Below, piece by piece: positions 1-9,968 of a DNA stretch of 32,000 nucleotides. A model generated the notes under the pieces. That model was not told the DNA's origin. It worked only from the letters and a program-made list of their open reading frames with translations, and ran no database searches. Within the stretch, counting starts at the first letter, position 1; each line of letters starts with the position of its first letter. Source of the DNA: Candidatus Jordarchaeales archaeon (lineage in GTDB: Archaea > Asgardarchaeota > Jordiarchaeia > Jordiarchaeales > Freyrarchaeaceae); contig JAWAHN010000001.1 in NCBI GenBank assembly GCA_038889235.1, positions 974,499-1,006,498 of the forward strand, given 5' to 3'. The position numbers and the translations under genes were made by a program.

Positions 1-1404
1 AAGGAGTCCCAGCTCCAAGTTTTTCAGGACAGAGAGTTTGCAAAATCTTTAGTTGGGAGACGCCTGGTTGATGTTCCAGACCCTCAGGAATGTCATGAAA
101 ATTGGGTTAAACACTTCTGGGAGCCTTTCGGTAACTATCTAGATGAGTTTGCAATTGAAGTAGAAGTGGTGTCTACAACAGAACTTTACAAGAAAGATGA
201 ACTAAAGTCGCTTGTCAAAGAAGTCTTCCTAAGACCTGACGAGATAAGAAAACTAGTCAACAAGTACAGAGGGCGTAAACCATACCCTGAAGGGTGGATA
301 CCTTTCGAAGCCCTCTGCAATAAGTGCAAAGTCATAGGCGGTCATCGCATTCTGAATTTCGACCTCGCATCCTACCGCGTCGAGTACGAATGCAGCAACT
401 GTGGGGACCGCGGCTGGTCTAGGATAGAAGATGGAAAACTTAATTGGAGAGTTGAGTGGGCGGCTTTATGGGTTGCTTTAAACGTTAACTTTGAGCCTTA
501 TGGAAAAGACCACGCGACGCCCGGTGGCTCAAGAGATAGCTGTGTCGAGATAGTTCAAAAGTTCTTCAATAAACGACCTCCTTACGGCACACCTTACGAA
601 TGGGTCGCCCTAGCTTATGCTGGAAAGGAGATCGGAGATATGGGGTCCAGTGACTTCATGGGAATTACCCCTGAAGACTGGCTTCTAATAGCCGAACCAG
701 AGGTGTTGAGATACCTTTGCCTGAAAAATAAGCCTATGCGCAGAATGGTTATAGATCCGACAAAGGTTCCCGAGTACTCTGACATATACGACCACGCAGA
801 GCGCGTCTTCTACGGGCTTGAAGAGGTCGAACAGGAGAAAGAAAAGTTCGAAATCATAAGAAGCTATGAGCTATCCCAATTACGGCCTCCACCGGAAGAG
901 ATCCCCCTCCAACTCAAATACGGTCATGCTGTAACGCTCGTCCAAGTGCTCCCTGAAGGTTTCTCCCTCCAGAGTGCCATTAAACGGCTTAGGAGTACTG
1001 GGCTGATAAAGAGGGATCAGCTCAGTGAGTTAGATATCAAAAGAATCGAGAGCCGCCTAAGAAGAGCGAAAAACTGGGTTGCAAAATACGCCCCAGAACA
1101 CCTAAAAATCCAAATACTCAAAACTTTACCCCCAGAAATCAAAGAGTCCCTTTCTGTCGAGCAGAAAAATGCACTAAAAACCCTATCCCGCCTGCTCTCC
1201 TCGAGAACACTATTCACAGAAGAAGAATTAGAAAAAGAGCTTTACCAAATAGCCAAAGAAGAAAGCGGTTTGGGCTCTCGCGTATTTTTCAAAACGATAT
1301 ACCGGGTGTTACTCGGTAAGGATCAAGGGCCAAGACTTGCTCCATTCCTCTTGCTCTTAGAGAGAAAATGGGTCATCGACAGACTTGAAGAAGCTGCAAG
1401 TTAA
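1..1404 (+). CDS. lysS: Class I lysyl-tRNA synthetase, 5'-partial (frame open from base 1)
   Basis: Frame open upstream of the listed ORF (LVDVPDPQECHENWVKHF). Motifs WIPFEALCNKC, CSNCG, GKLNWRVEWAALW, FEPYGKDH and C-terminal GPRLAPFL are typical of class I LysRS. Confidence 0.93.
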   Translation, partial: KESQLQVFQDREFAKSLVGRRLVDVPDPQECHENWVKHFWEPFGNYLDEFAIEVEVVSTTELYKKDELKSLVKEVFLRPDEIRKLVNKYRGRKPYPEGWIPFEALCNKCKVIGGHRILNFDLASYRVEYECSNCGDRGWSRIEDGKLNWRVEWAALWVALNVNFEPYGKDHATPGGSRDSCVEIVQKFFNKRPPYGTPYEWVALAYAGKEIGDMGSSDFMGITPEDWLLIAEPEVLRYLCLKNKPMRRMVIDPTKVPEYSDIYDHAERVFYGLEEVEQEKEKFEIIRSYELSQLRPPPEEIPLQLKYGHAVTLVQVLPEGFSLQSAIKRLRSTGLIKRDQLSELDIKRIESRLRRAKNWVAKYAPEHLKIQILKTLPPEIKESLSVEQKNALKTLSRLLSSRTLFTEEELEKELYQIAKEESGLGSRVFFKTIYRVLLGKDQGPRLAPFLLLLERKWVIDRLEEAAS

Positions 1405-1452
1405 CAAAACACCGCTTCCCGTTTCAAACCTACCATCCGGGAGGCTCAGCGC

Positions 1453-2091
1453 ATGTTAGGTAAGATCAAAAAACTCGTAACCTCCCTCTTCAACCCCTTA
1501 GCTCTTTTTCTGATTCGGTTAGGTATAACTCCAAACTATATTACAATTTTAGGGCTCTTTTTGTCTGCCTTATCCGCCATTTTCATTCTAGGAGGACACT
1601 TGGACGTGTTGTTCCACATAAGTGAATCCACTCGATTGGTCACTGCAGCCGTCCTACTACTCTTCTCTGGTTTTTGCGATCTACTCGACGGACTGGTTGC
1701 TAGACTGGGGAGCATGGAGACTCCTTTTGGCGGTTTCTTTGACTCGGTTTTAGACAGGTACTCTGAAGTCTTTTTTATAACCGCACTAATTTGTGCAGGA
1801 TACTGCTCAATTCTATGGGGACTGCTGGCACTGTCAGGATCCCTGCTTGTAAGCTATGCGAGGGCTAAATGTGAAGTTGCAGGACTACCTGGAGTTGGAG
1901 TGGGGATAGCTGAACGACCAGAAAGATTGCTAATACTTGGTGGCGCCACATTTATGCAAGGCTTTTTTTATCCGGGCAAACTCGCTTTTGCCCCATATAT
2001 CATAGAAGCTGCAGTGATAATCGTAGCCGTTCTTTCGCACATAACGGTTCTGCAACGCGGATACTATGCTTGGACAAGTCTTCGGAAGTAA
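1453..2091 (+). CDS. CDP-alcohol phosphatidyltransferase (archaetidylinositol phosphate synthase-like)
   Basis: Signature DG-x2-AR-x8-G-x3-D-x3-D (DGLVARLGSMETPFGGFFDSVLD), ITPN motif, ERPER motif, several TM helices. Confidence 0.9.
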   Translation: MLGKIKKLVTSLFNPLALFLIRLGITPNYITILGLFLSALSAIFILGGHLDVLFHISESTRLVTAAVLLLFSGFCDLLDGLVARLGSMETPFGGFFDSVLDRYSEVFFITALICAGYCSILWGLLALSGSLLVSYARAKCEVAGLPGVGVGIAERPERLLILGGATFMQGFFYPGKLAFAPYIIEAAVIIVAVLSHITVLQRGYYAWTSLRK

Positions 2092-2214
2092 TACTAAGAA
2101 AATATTATCTAAGGATAAATTGTTTTTTGCACTAAAACAAATATATTTGTCACTGTGTATAGAGAATTTTTGAAAGGGTAGCGAATACCAGTTATTAGAG
2201 GGATGTGTTGCTGA

Positions 2215-3384
2215 ATGGCTGAAAGACTTTTTAGGATCGCTACTGAAATAGCTGAAGAAGCCACGAAAAACGATAGAAGGGGTAACTATAAACAGGCTTA
2301 CCAACAATATCTGCAGGCAGCAGAAATCTTGTACAAATGTATACAATTGACAAAGAACCCGCAGCTCAAAGAAGTCTACTTTGAAAGAGCTCAAAAGTAT
2401 GTCAATCGTTGTAAACAAATAAAAGCCGCTCTTTCAAAGCCTTACCAAACAATTCAACCCTCAACTGAAAGTAAGGAGGTTAGCAAGGAGGTTAAAAGTG
2501 GCGACAGTGAATTAGCTGAAGCGATAGCTGAAACTATACTGGTCGAGAAGCCTTCAGTTAAATGGAGTGATGTAGCAGATCTGGAAGCTGCCAAAAAGGC
2601 CTTACGTGAAGCGATAATTCTCCCTATGTTGAGGCCAGACCTTTTCAAGGGAGCACGGAAGCCCTGGAAAGGTATACTGCTTTTTGGGCCTCCTGGCTGT
2701 GGAAAAACTCTTTTGGCAAAAGCTGTAGCTTCAGAAGTCAATGCATACTTTTTTAATGTGTCTGCTGCAACTCTAGTAAGCAAGTGGCTTGGTGAATCCG
2801 AAAAACTTGTAAAAGAGCTGTTTAGAGCAGCGAGGAGCAAGCAGCCCTCAATAATTTTTATCGATGAAATTGATAGTATTGCAACCACCAGGGACCGTGA
2901 GGAAGTAGGTGGTGAAAGAAGACTTAAAACTCAACTCATGCAGGAAATCGATGGTGTCACTTCTTCTGACAAAGACCGAATAGTTGTTTTAGGGGCTACT
3001 AACATACCTTGGGAGCTTGACCCTGCGATACGCAGACGTTTTGAGAAGCGAATATACCTTGGACTACCAGAGTTCGAGGCGCGGCGCGAGATATTTAAGA
3101 TACACACACGGGGGGTTGAACTATCTGACGATGTCGACTTTGACGAGCTGGCAAAGCTCACAGAAGGGTTTTCTGGAGCTGACATAGCGATTCTCTGTAG
3201 AGAAGCACTCATGGCTCCCATAAGGGAGCTTGACGAAGCTGGAGTGTTAACTAGAAACGACGTAAAAGTTCGACCTGTAACCCGTGAAGATTTTCTCAAA
3301 GCACTAAAGACGGTGAAACCCTCGGTCTCTCCCTCTGAAATAATGAAGTTTAAGGAATGGGCTAAAGAATTCGCGGTCGATTAG
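2215..3384 (+). CDS. vps4: Vps4/CdvC-like AAA+ ATPase with N-terminal MIT domain
   Basis: MIT-like N-terminus (AEEATKND..GNYKQAYQQY..AAE), VKWSDVA, Walker A GPPGCGKT, pore loop SKWLGESEK, Walker B IIFIDEID, SRH ATNIPWELDPAIRRRFEKRI, C-terminal helix. Confidence 0.9.
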   Translation: MAERLFRIATEIAEEATKNDRRGNYKQAYQQYLQAAEILYKCIQLTKNPQLKEVYFERAQKYVNRCKQIKAALSKPYQTIQPSTESKEVSKEVKSGDSELAEAIAETILVEKPSVKWSDVADLEAAKKALREAIILPMLRPDLFKGARKPWKGILLFGPPGCGKTLLAKAVASEVNAYFFNVSAATLVSKWLGESEKLVKELFRAARSKQPSIIFIDEIDSIATTRDREEVGGERRLKTQLMQEIDGVTSSDKDRIVVLGATNIPWELDPAIRRRFEKRIYLGLPEFEARREIFKIHTRGVELSDDVDFDELAKLTEGFSGADIAILCREALMAPIRELDEAGVLTRNDVKVRPVTREDFLKALKTVKPSVSPSEIMKFKEWAKEFAVD

Positions 3385-3404
3385 CGCGTTGGGGAGGGGG
3401 TCCT

Positions 3405-4088
3405 GTGGAAAAAGTTAAGGATGTAAAGCAAGAAAAAAGATCCGAAAAAGAAGAGGAGCTTCCAGCTCCTTCAGAGAAAGAGAAGCCTGTAATGGCTCCT
3501 TCACCCGTTGACGAGCTTGAGTATGTGATGCAAAGGATTTCCGAAGCCGAATCCCTACTTCTGGGAGCGCCAGCAAAGCCTTCCTTGAGGCCCCGTCCTC
3601 CGCCTATTCCGGAATGGAGTGTTAAAAGTCCTTGGATGTTTACTAGACCGAAGGATCAACGATTCCTTAATTCCTGGAGAGAAGAATGGGCCAAGTATGT
3701 TCTCGAATGGGCTGAGGCGCAGATAATTCATTTGATAGGCGTGAATGAAATGTTGTCTAGAGATCTTTTTAGAAAGCTTTCCGGGGACGACCTGATAGAT
3801 GTACTTGATTATATGTGCGCTAAGAAGTGGTGCAAATGGTGGGATAAAGAGAAAACTCTGGTTAGAATATACTGGAAATCCCTTGAGGAGTGGAAGGAAA
3901 TAATATGGAATTGGTTCGTGGAACGGGGGCTGGAGTACGTAAGCATAATGGATCTCATCAATGTTGGAGAAGCTTTTAGCACGATCCCTAAAAATGAGCT
4001 CGAATATATTCTCGCCTCCCTCGTTAAAGAAAAACGGGCTGTATGGGCAGATAAAAAAACGAAGACCGTAAGAATAATATTTATTTGA
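3405..4088 (+). CDS. vps25: ESCRT-II Vps25 (EAP20)-like tandem winged-helix protein with Pro-rich N-terminal extension
   Basis: PWMFT, WREEWAKYVLEW and WWDKEKTLVRIYWKSLEEWKEIIWNW align by eye with Vps25 PPFFT / W..LVL / EWLDK.K..FLIMWRRPEEW..LIY.W. Adjacent to vps4. Confidence 0.8.
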   Translation: MEKVKDVKQEKRSEKEEELPAPSEKEKPVMAPSPVDELEYVMQRISEAESLLLGAPAKPSLRPRPPPIPEWSVKSPWMFTRPKDQRFLNSWREEWAKYVLEWAEAQIIHLIGVNEMLSRDLFRKLSGDDLIDVLDYMCAKKWCKWWDKEKTLVRIYWKSLEEWKEIIWNWFVERGLEYVSIMDLINVGEAFSTIPKNELEYILASLVKEKRAVWADKKTKTVRIIFI

Positions 4089-4092
4089 CTTT

Positions 4093-4821
4093 TCACACGG
4101 GGTAAGCAAAGTAAAATCTTAGAAGGGTGATTGTGATCAATGCCAAGGTCGCAACTGCAACAGCTGCGCAATCCTTTTCCCTCATTTTAAGTTCGTGCAA
4201 ATTGGTCCTCCTTTCTTTAGCACCAAACCCCCGCGCCTCCATGCTTTCAGCTACATGTAAAGCTCTCCTTATAGTTGTGGCAATTAGTGGTATTAAGAGG
4301 TAAATGTACCCCCTCAATTTACCTATAATGTTCCCTTCTTGAAAGCTCACCCCTCTGGCTTTTTGGGAGTCGAAAATTAGTTCGGCTTCCCTTATCATTA
4401 CGGGGATGTATCGTAAAGCTATAGAAAACGCTATGACGAATTCAATAGGTAATTTCACGCGTTCAGCTACCTGAATTATTTCATCTGGCGGTGTTATTGA
4501 AAGTAATAAGGAAAAAGAAAATATTATCGTAAGGAACTTTAGGACCATTAATAGAGCGAATTTTAAGGAGAAAAGTACAGTGTCAATGATTGTTATCAAG
4601 AAAATTAAGTAGAAGAATCCTTTAAGCTGTTTGAAGAAATCGTTTATAACTTGGGCGAATCGCAAAAGAGCTAGCAGAACAATTTGGATAATGCAGAGCA
4701 AAAATATATTCTCCGATAAAAGCGCTGTAACCACGAAGACGCCGAAAATGTAAATTTTCACTCTTGGATCAAGTTTGTGCAGCACACTGTCCTTAGATTT
4801 ATAGTCAAACAGTCTTAGCAA
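4093..4821 (-). CDS. ecfT: ECF transporter transmembrane component T
   Basis: LHKLDPRVK start, IALRYIP, SQKARG and AESMEARGF motifs. Confidence 0.92.
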   Translation of the reverse strand: MLRLFDYKSKDSVLHKLDPRVKIYIFGVFVVTALLSENIFLLCIIQIVLLALLRFAQVINDFFKQLKGFFYLIFLITIIDTVLFSLKFALLMVLKFLTIIFSFSLLLSITPPDEIIQVAERVKLPIEFVIAFSIALRYIPVMIREAELIFDSQKARGVSFQEGNIIGKLRGYIYLLIPLIATTIRRALHVAESMEARGFGAKERRTNLHELKMREKDCAAVAVATLALITITLLRFYFAYPV

Positions 4822-5630
4822 ACCTTACACCTTTCAAGGATAAATGCAACAGCATCGTCGAGCTTAACGGGAAATGGTCCATTCTCATCTTTATCCCAAA
4901 GCATACTTAACAGTTGCGTTACCATCGGCGGTTTCAAACGGGCTTTATCCAGCAACTTAAAATTACTCAAAACATGCTTTGCGTCTCCATCAACAAGTAT
5001 CCTGCCCTCGTGTAAAATAACCACTCGCGCGTCCAACTCCGCACAGAACTCTATGTCGTGAGTTACTATGATAACGCTTTTTCCTTCAAGAACCATATTC
5101 TTCACTACTTCACTTATGGTTTTCTTGTTATGCCAGTCTTGTCCCGCTGTCGGTTCGTCCATTATAACTACTTCAGGGTTTATGGCGATAACCACTGCCA
5201 AACTTACCAGCTTTTTTTCGCCTCCACTTAGTGTTATTGGGTTCCGCCTTCTAACTTTCTCTATGCCAAGCTCTTGCAGTGCTCTATTTATCCGTTCCTC
5301 AACATTTTTAATTCCAACAGTTCTAAGGGAGAAGAAAATTTCTTTTTCCACGCTTTCAGAAAAAATTTGGTGGTCCGGATTCTGAAAGATAATACCTACC
5401 TTTCTTGCTAGCTCTCTTCTTGGAATCTGACTTATATCTAAGCCGTCTAGAAGTACCCGTCCTTTCGTTGGTCTTATCAGTCCACCCATTATCCGCACTA
5501 GTGTTGTTTTACCCGCACCATTTGGTCCCATGATGCATACTAGCTCTCCTCTTTTCACCCCTAAGTTGACCCCTTTTAAAACATAGTTTTCTCCGTCATA
5601 GCTGTGATACACTCCTTTCGCCTCGATCAT
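4815..5630 (-). CDS. ecfA2: ECF transporter ATPase component (A')
   Basis: GPNGAGKTT, FQNPDHQIF, LSGGEKK, MDEPT, VTHD. Confidence 0.9.
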   Translation of the reverse strand: MIEAKGVYHSYDGENYVLKGVNLGVKRGELVCIMGPNGAGKTTLVRIMGGLIRPTKGRVLLDGLDISQIPRRELARKVGIIFQNPDHQIFSESVEKEIFFSLRTVGIKNVEERINRALQELGIEKVRRRNPITLSGGEKKLVSLAVVIAINPEVVIMDEPTAGQDWHNKKTISEVVKNMVLEGKSVIIVTHDIEFCAELDARVVILHEGRILVDGDAKHVLSNFKLLDKARLKPPMVTQLLSMLWDKDENGPFPVKLDDAVAFILERCKVC

Positions 5631-6456
5631 GTAAAGCCCCCTTCAGCAATGTGTATGCTTCTTTTAATGAAAGTGGGGGGTAAGGCAACTCTAATCCCGC
5701 ATCTTTAAGCTTCCTGTAAAGCTCGATCGTTTTAACGAAAACTCCAACTCTTCTAGCTTCATCTGAGGATAAAACTTCTCGCGGCTTCCCATCCATTAAT
5801 ACCTTCCCTTCCTCCATTAAAATGACCCTCGTCGCATACTGCACAAAAAGTTCCACTCTGTGCTCGGTCAAAATAACAGTAACTCCTTCGTCATTAAGCT
5901 TCTTAACCGCCCTAGCTAATGCTTCAGCGCTCTGGGGGTCTAAATTCGCCGTGGGCTCGTCTAAAACTAATATGTTTGGTTCCAAGGCTAAAACAGATCC
6001 TATAACCACTTTTTGCTGCTCTCCCCCAGAAAGAAAAAACGTTCTTTTCTTCATCAACCCTTTTAAATCTAAGATGTTGCTCACCCAATTCAGTCGACTT
6101 AACATTTCTTCTCTGGGAAACGCTAGGTTTTCAAGTCCAAACGCCAGCTCTTTTTCGACGGTGAGAGACACTATTTGCTCTTCGGGGTTTTGAAAAACTA
6201 ACCCAACGTTTAGTGCTAGCTTATAAACTGGGTGAAATCTAGTGTCTAATCCATTAACTTTAACATACCCCCTCATTTCTCCCTTGTAAAAATGAGGTAT
6301 AAGACCGTTAAAGCAACGACAAATGGTCGTTTTTCCGCATCCAGTTGGCCCCAAACATAAGACAAATTCCCCATCATCTATTTCGAGATTAATGTCTTTA
6401 ATAGCTGGCTTTTTTGCATGACTATACGTAAAAGTTAATCCTCTGGTGACAAGCAT
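5596..6456 (-). CDS. ecfA1: ECF transporter ATPase component (A); start probably ATG 6456 rather than 6489
   Basis: GPTGCGKTT, FQNPEEQI, LSGGEQQK, LDEPT, TEHR. The later start avoids overlap with the DHH gene. Confidence 0.88.
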   Translation of the reverse strand: MLVTRGLTFTYSHAKKPAIKDINLEIDDGEFVLCLGPTGCGKTTICRCFNGLIPHFYKGEMRGYVKVNGLDTRFHPVYKLALNVGLVFQNPEEQIVSLTVEKELAFGLENLAFPREEMLSRLNWVSNILDLKGLMKKRTFFLSGGEQQKVVIGSVLALEPNILVLDEPTANLDPQSAEALARAVKKLNDEGVTVILTEHRVELFVQYATRVILMEEGKVLMDGKPREVLSSDEARRVGVFVKTIELYRKLKDAGLELPYPPLSLKEAYTLLKGALHDRGERSVSQL

Positions 6457-6463
6457 ATTGTCA

Positions 6464-7462
6464 TCACTCGATAACCCTTTCCTTTCCACCTATTTTTTCT
6501 CTCAGCACTTCTTTAATTTCTTTGAATATCTCGTCTAGGGGGATTTCTCCGTCAAACCCGGCCGCCAGAGAGTGTCCCCCTCCACTACCTCCGATTCTAC
6601 TCTCAACCTCTTTCATTAACTCACCGAGGTGAATTCCGGTCTTTTCGAAGAATTTTTTTGCAGCTCTTCCACTAACTCTCGTTTCTCCCTCTCTTTCCGA
6701 GCCAACGATTGCAACATCAGCTCCTAATTCTATTAATCCTCTGCCTGCGCTTGCCTCGTAAGATCCTACGTGAGTAAATGCAATAATCCACCCATCAATT
6801 TCAATGAGCTCCGCTCTTTTAGCTGCCTTAAGGCGCGCCATCTTCTCTGGTTTATCCATCGTGCCCTTTAGTATCTCTTGAGCTAATGTATAATCTGCCC
6901 CGCTTTCAAGCAGAAAAGCCGCCGCTCTTAATGTCTTTGCTGTTGCAATGTAAAAATTTCTACTGTCATAAAGTATGCCAACTAGCAGCGCCGTAGAAAC
7001 TTTCTTAGAAGGCCTCTTTTTCGCCGCCTCGAAAAGCCTAGCAACAATCTCAGCCGTAGCCGCCGCCTCACTATCTATTATGAATGCGCTAAAGGGCCTT
7101 GTGGTCTTCGTTGTATGGTGGTCTATGAGTAAAGTAGGTTTAATGAATGGGGCATTACAAAACTTACCTAGCTGCTCCGGCACTCCAGCATCCACCACGA
7201 TAAACGCATCATACCCGTCTAAGTCATTGCACTCGGTAGAATATTCTATGTTCAATGTCTTTGCAATATTAGCGGTCACACTACTAACTTCGTCAGCTAA
7301 CGTGGAAAGTTCCACTCTATACCCTATTGCACTCACTAGGTCCTTTAGCGCATATGCGCTACATAACGTATCTGGGTCAGCGTTCTGGTGACAGATTACC
7401 GCCACTTTTGCTCCCCGCTTCTTTTTGAGGAATTTACGTAGAACCTTCAGCTCTTTTTGCAA
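6464..7462 (-). CDS. DHH/DHHA1 family phosphoesterase
   Basis: CHQNADPDT, VVDA, IDHH, GILYDS and GGGHSLAAG motifs. Confidence 0.9.
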   Translation of the reverse strand: MQKELKVLRKFLKKKRGAKVAVICHQNADPDTLCSAYALKDLVSAIGYRVELSTLADEVSSVTANIAKTLNIEYSTECNDLDGYDAFIVVDAGVPEQLGKFCNAPFIKPTLLIDHHTTKTTRPFSAFIIDSEAAATAEIVARLFEAAKKRPSKKVSTALLVGILYDSRNFYIATAKTLRAAAFLLESGADYTLAQEILKGTMDKPEKMARLKAAKRAELIEIDGWIIAFTHVGSYEASAGRGLIELGADVAIVGSEREGETRVSGRAAKKFFEKTGIHLGELMKEVESRIGGSGGGHSLAAGFDGEIPLDEIFKEIKEVLREKIGGKERVIE

Positions 7463-7742
7463 TTTCTCTCATCCTTTCGTCTATTTTCTCCATAGCTTTA
7501 CTTATCGCTTCTTCAATCAACTTGTTGACGTCAACTTGGACTAAATCTGACACTTCAACGTCTACTTCCACATTAAAGGTTACCTCGCCGTTCTCTATTT
7601 CTGAAGAAACGGTTACATTCAATCTTCTTACCGCTTTCTTCCTGCATCGAGAAAAAATGTATCTTCGTGCTGTTTGTTCAGCTAAAGTGCATATTTCTTC
7701 TAGATCCTCACTTTTTAAGAAATCCGCCAACCCCTCTTTCAT
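7434..7742 (-). CDS. DUF3194-like small protein of the exosome superoperon
   Basis: Position downstream of prefoldin beta (ATGA overlap); acidic alpha/beta pattern with VEVDVEV. Confidence 0.6.
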   Translation of the reverse strand: MKEGLADFLKSEDLEEICTLAEQTARRYIFSRCRKKAVRRLNVTVSSEIENGEVTFNVEVDVEVSDLVQVDVNKLIEEAISKAMEKIDERMREIAKRAEGST

Positions 7743-8104
7743 CCAGCTGGGGAAACCCTCCCTTGTAGTGCTGCCTGGATTTTTTCCCTCATTTCCTCAA
7801 GCTGCTTTCTCGAGCGTTCCTCCTGCCTCTTAAGAGTCTTTATCCTAGTATCTATACTCACTCTCAGGTCCTCTAATTCTTCTTTAACCTTATTTAGGTC
7901 GGCCTTTACCAGCAGCGGTCCAACAATTTTGTAAACTGTCTCGTCCGGTTTAACATTTTCCAGTTCCTTAAGTGCTCTCTCCGTTTCCCTCAATTGTATT
8001 TCAAGCTGCGTACGCTGTGATATTAACAGCTCTAAACTCTGCTGAAGCTGTTGCATCCTAATTATTTGTTGTTGAATTTGGGGAGGAATCTCGCTTGCCG
8101 CTAT
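7739..8104 (-). CDS. pfdB: Prefoldin beta subunit; conserved N-terminus extends upstream of ATG 8056, probable ATA start at 8104
   Basis: Coiled coil plus VYKIVGPLLVK hairpin. In-frame upstream IAASEIPPQIQQQIIR matches the typical PfdB N-terminus. GGAGG at 8117-8113. Confidence 0.9.
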   Translation of the reverse strand: MAASEIPPQIQQQIIRMQQLQQSLELLISQRTQLEIQLRETERALKELENVKPDETVYKIVGPLLVKADLNKVKEELEDLRVSIDTRIKTLKRQEERSRKQLEEMREKIQAALQGRVSPAG

Positions 8105-8105
8105 T

Positions 8106-8360
8106 TTAAGTCCCTCCTTTCACGAATTCACATATATCACATATCGCTTTTACCCATCTCAGGTACGCGTTAAGCGCAGCCCTAAACGCGATAATATCTT
8201 TTGCATCAATTTCGAATGTTATTTTACCATTATTCCTTTTTAACTTTCCTGTATACCTCTCACTTATAGACTCCTGCATTTCGGGAAGAATTGCCTTGAA
8301 AATTATATCTGAATGCTCAGTCTCCAACTCCACTAAAGACTTAATTCGCTTAATGTTCAA
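8106..8360 (-). CDS. pcc1: KEOPS complex subunit Pcc1
   Basis: IDAKDIIAFRAALNAYLRW motif; conserved operon position. Confidence 0.88.
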   Translation of the reverse strand: MNIKRIKSLVELETEHSDIIFKAILPEMQESISERYTGKLKRNNGKITFEIDAKDIIAFRAALNAYLRWVKAICDICEFVKGGT

Positions 8361-8878
8361 ATTCCCCCCATCCTAAGGACTCTAAACCTAATACGCGGTC
8401 CCACCTCTTCTCCATCTATTCTGAAGATCATAACGTTCTCCCCGTTTTTCGTGTCAACCTCCAAAATTACCTTCTTTTCCTGCTCTTCTCCGGTCTCACT
8501 TGACCCAAGCACTTTAGATAAAAAATCTGTCAGCTCCGGACATCTTTCGTTTCGTAAAACTTTAATTTCGCTTACTTTCTCTATTCTTTTTTTCCCGAAC
8601 TCTCTTTGAAGTTTTACTCCTTTTATTCTGAAGATTGCTAACGGTTCTCTGGCTCCAGCTATGTCTGCGCGGTAAAAAAGCATGTTCCCAGGATTGCCCT
8701 TCCAAGTTTCGACCACAACTGCATATGGGAGATTTCTTTGAGCTGCCTCGGCGAGCACCTCGTAAATATTCTTCTTTCCCCTATTTACTTTGACCGCCCC
8801 TGGAATTACTCGCTCAAGGTCTTTGCAAAAACTCCTAACTCTCCTAGTCGGCCGCCTAGATGTGGTTATTAGAATCAT
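8357..8878 (-). CDS. Brix-domain ribosome biogenesis protein
   Basis: [32 protein letters not shown] and GPRI motifs. Confidence 0.9.
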   Translation of the reverse strand: MILITTSRRPTRRVRSFCKDLERVIPGAVKVNRGKKNIYEVLAEAAQRNLPYAVVVETWKGNPGNMLFYRADIAGAREPLAIFRIKGVKLQREFGKKRIEKVSEIKVLRNERCPELTDFLSKVLGSSETGEEQEKKVILEVDTKNGENVMIFRIDGEEVGPRIRFRVLRMGGI

Positions 8879-9147
8879 GCTTCTTCCTGCATGCTTTCCA
8901 TTTTCCTACCTTTTTCTTTTCCTGTTTCGGTTATGGGAACATAGGCTCCTCCAGTAAAGGTGTACCCGCACTTTCTGCAAGTCCATATTCCTATAGAAAC
9001 ACGCTTAACCGCCTTAGTGTTACATCTAGGGCATTTGTGTTTTTGCTTCATTTGAACCTCTATTTTCTTCACTCTTTCCCTTATACGCAACCCATATCGT
9101 GCTCCAAACCTTCCCGTTGGTCCTACCTTCTTCGTTCTGCCCATCAT
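8875..9147 (-). CDS. rpl37ae: 50S ribosomal protein L37Ae (eL43)
   Basis: [20 protein letters not shown]...WTCRKCG..FTGGAY. Confidence 0.96.
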   Translation of the reverse strand: MMGRTKKVGPTGRFGARYGLRIRERVKKIEVQMKQKHKCPRCNTKAVKRVSIGIWTCRKCGYTFTGGAYVPITETGKEKGRKMESMQEEA

Positions 9148-9161
9148 TAATCAACTCCCTG

Positions 9162-9968
9162 TCACTTTTTTAACAACGGGGCAAAGTACTTTTCGCGTAC
9201 TTCTCTTCCTTTTCTAATCGCTATTTCTAGTGCTTCATTAATATCTTTCTCGCTCAGGAAGCCCTCCTCGCTTTTCTGGACAGCCACTATTCTGTCATCT
9301 TTATCTGTCACTATTGTCAACCGGCACTCCATGGCTCTCTCTTCGTCTAACATTGGGTCAAGCAAAATGTGTTCCCCGACTTTTCCGAATGTAACTGACA
9401 CAGGTAGGTCTCGTATCGGTAAAGTTTCCCGTTCATCTAAGAGTTTTACTTTTCCATCTTCCACTTCTACTTTAGGTATTGTGGTTGAAAGAAGAGCTGC
9501 GACTGCTGCGTAAGACGATGCGTCAAAAAGGTTTCCACTATCATCGAGAACGTAGAGATCTATGAAGAGTATCCAAACCTTCTCGCCGGGGATAATGCAA
9601 AGCTTCTCTAAGTCTACCATCTCCGACTCTCTTATCCCCCTATCAACAACCCGGGCTAGTTCTATGGCATCCTCCTGTGGGGGACCTATTTCAAAGAACG
9701 GTGAAGCTAATGGGACAAGTTCCGCGTTGCACGTGATAACGCCTTTGTTTGGTTCATCCGGGAAGGGGGCGCCGATCTCTGCTTTAATGCCTGCAATGAC
9801 TTTAGTCTCTCCCAAAGAAACCCTAGCCGATCCTTCAGCCTTTTTGATAAGCCCCGTCTCTATAGTTAGTGGCCTCATTTCGTCTAGTGTTCTTCCATCA
9901 GCTCTTCTTCCCTTACTAACTAGAGAGGTAACAAATCTTTTTTCTACCTCTGAAAGAATGTCATGCAT
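9162..9968 (-). CDS. rrp42: Exosome subunit Rrp42 (start probably ATG 9968)
   Basis: [47 protein letters not shown]. Confidence 0.94.
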   Translation of the reverse strand: MHDILSEVEKRFVTSLVSKGRRADGRTLDEMRPLTIETGLIKKAEGSARVSLGETKVIAGIKAEIGAPFPDEPNKGVITCNAELVPLASPFFEIGPPQEDAIELARVVDRGIRESEMVDLEKLCIIPGEKVWILFIDLYVLDDSGNLFDASSYAAVAALLSTTIPKVEVEDGKVKLLDERETLPIRDLPVSVTFGKVGEHILLDPMLDEERAMECRLTIVTDKDDRIVAVQKSEEGFLSEKDINEALEIAIRKGREVREKYFAPLLKK

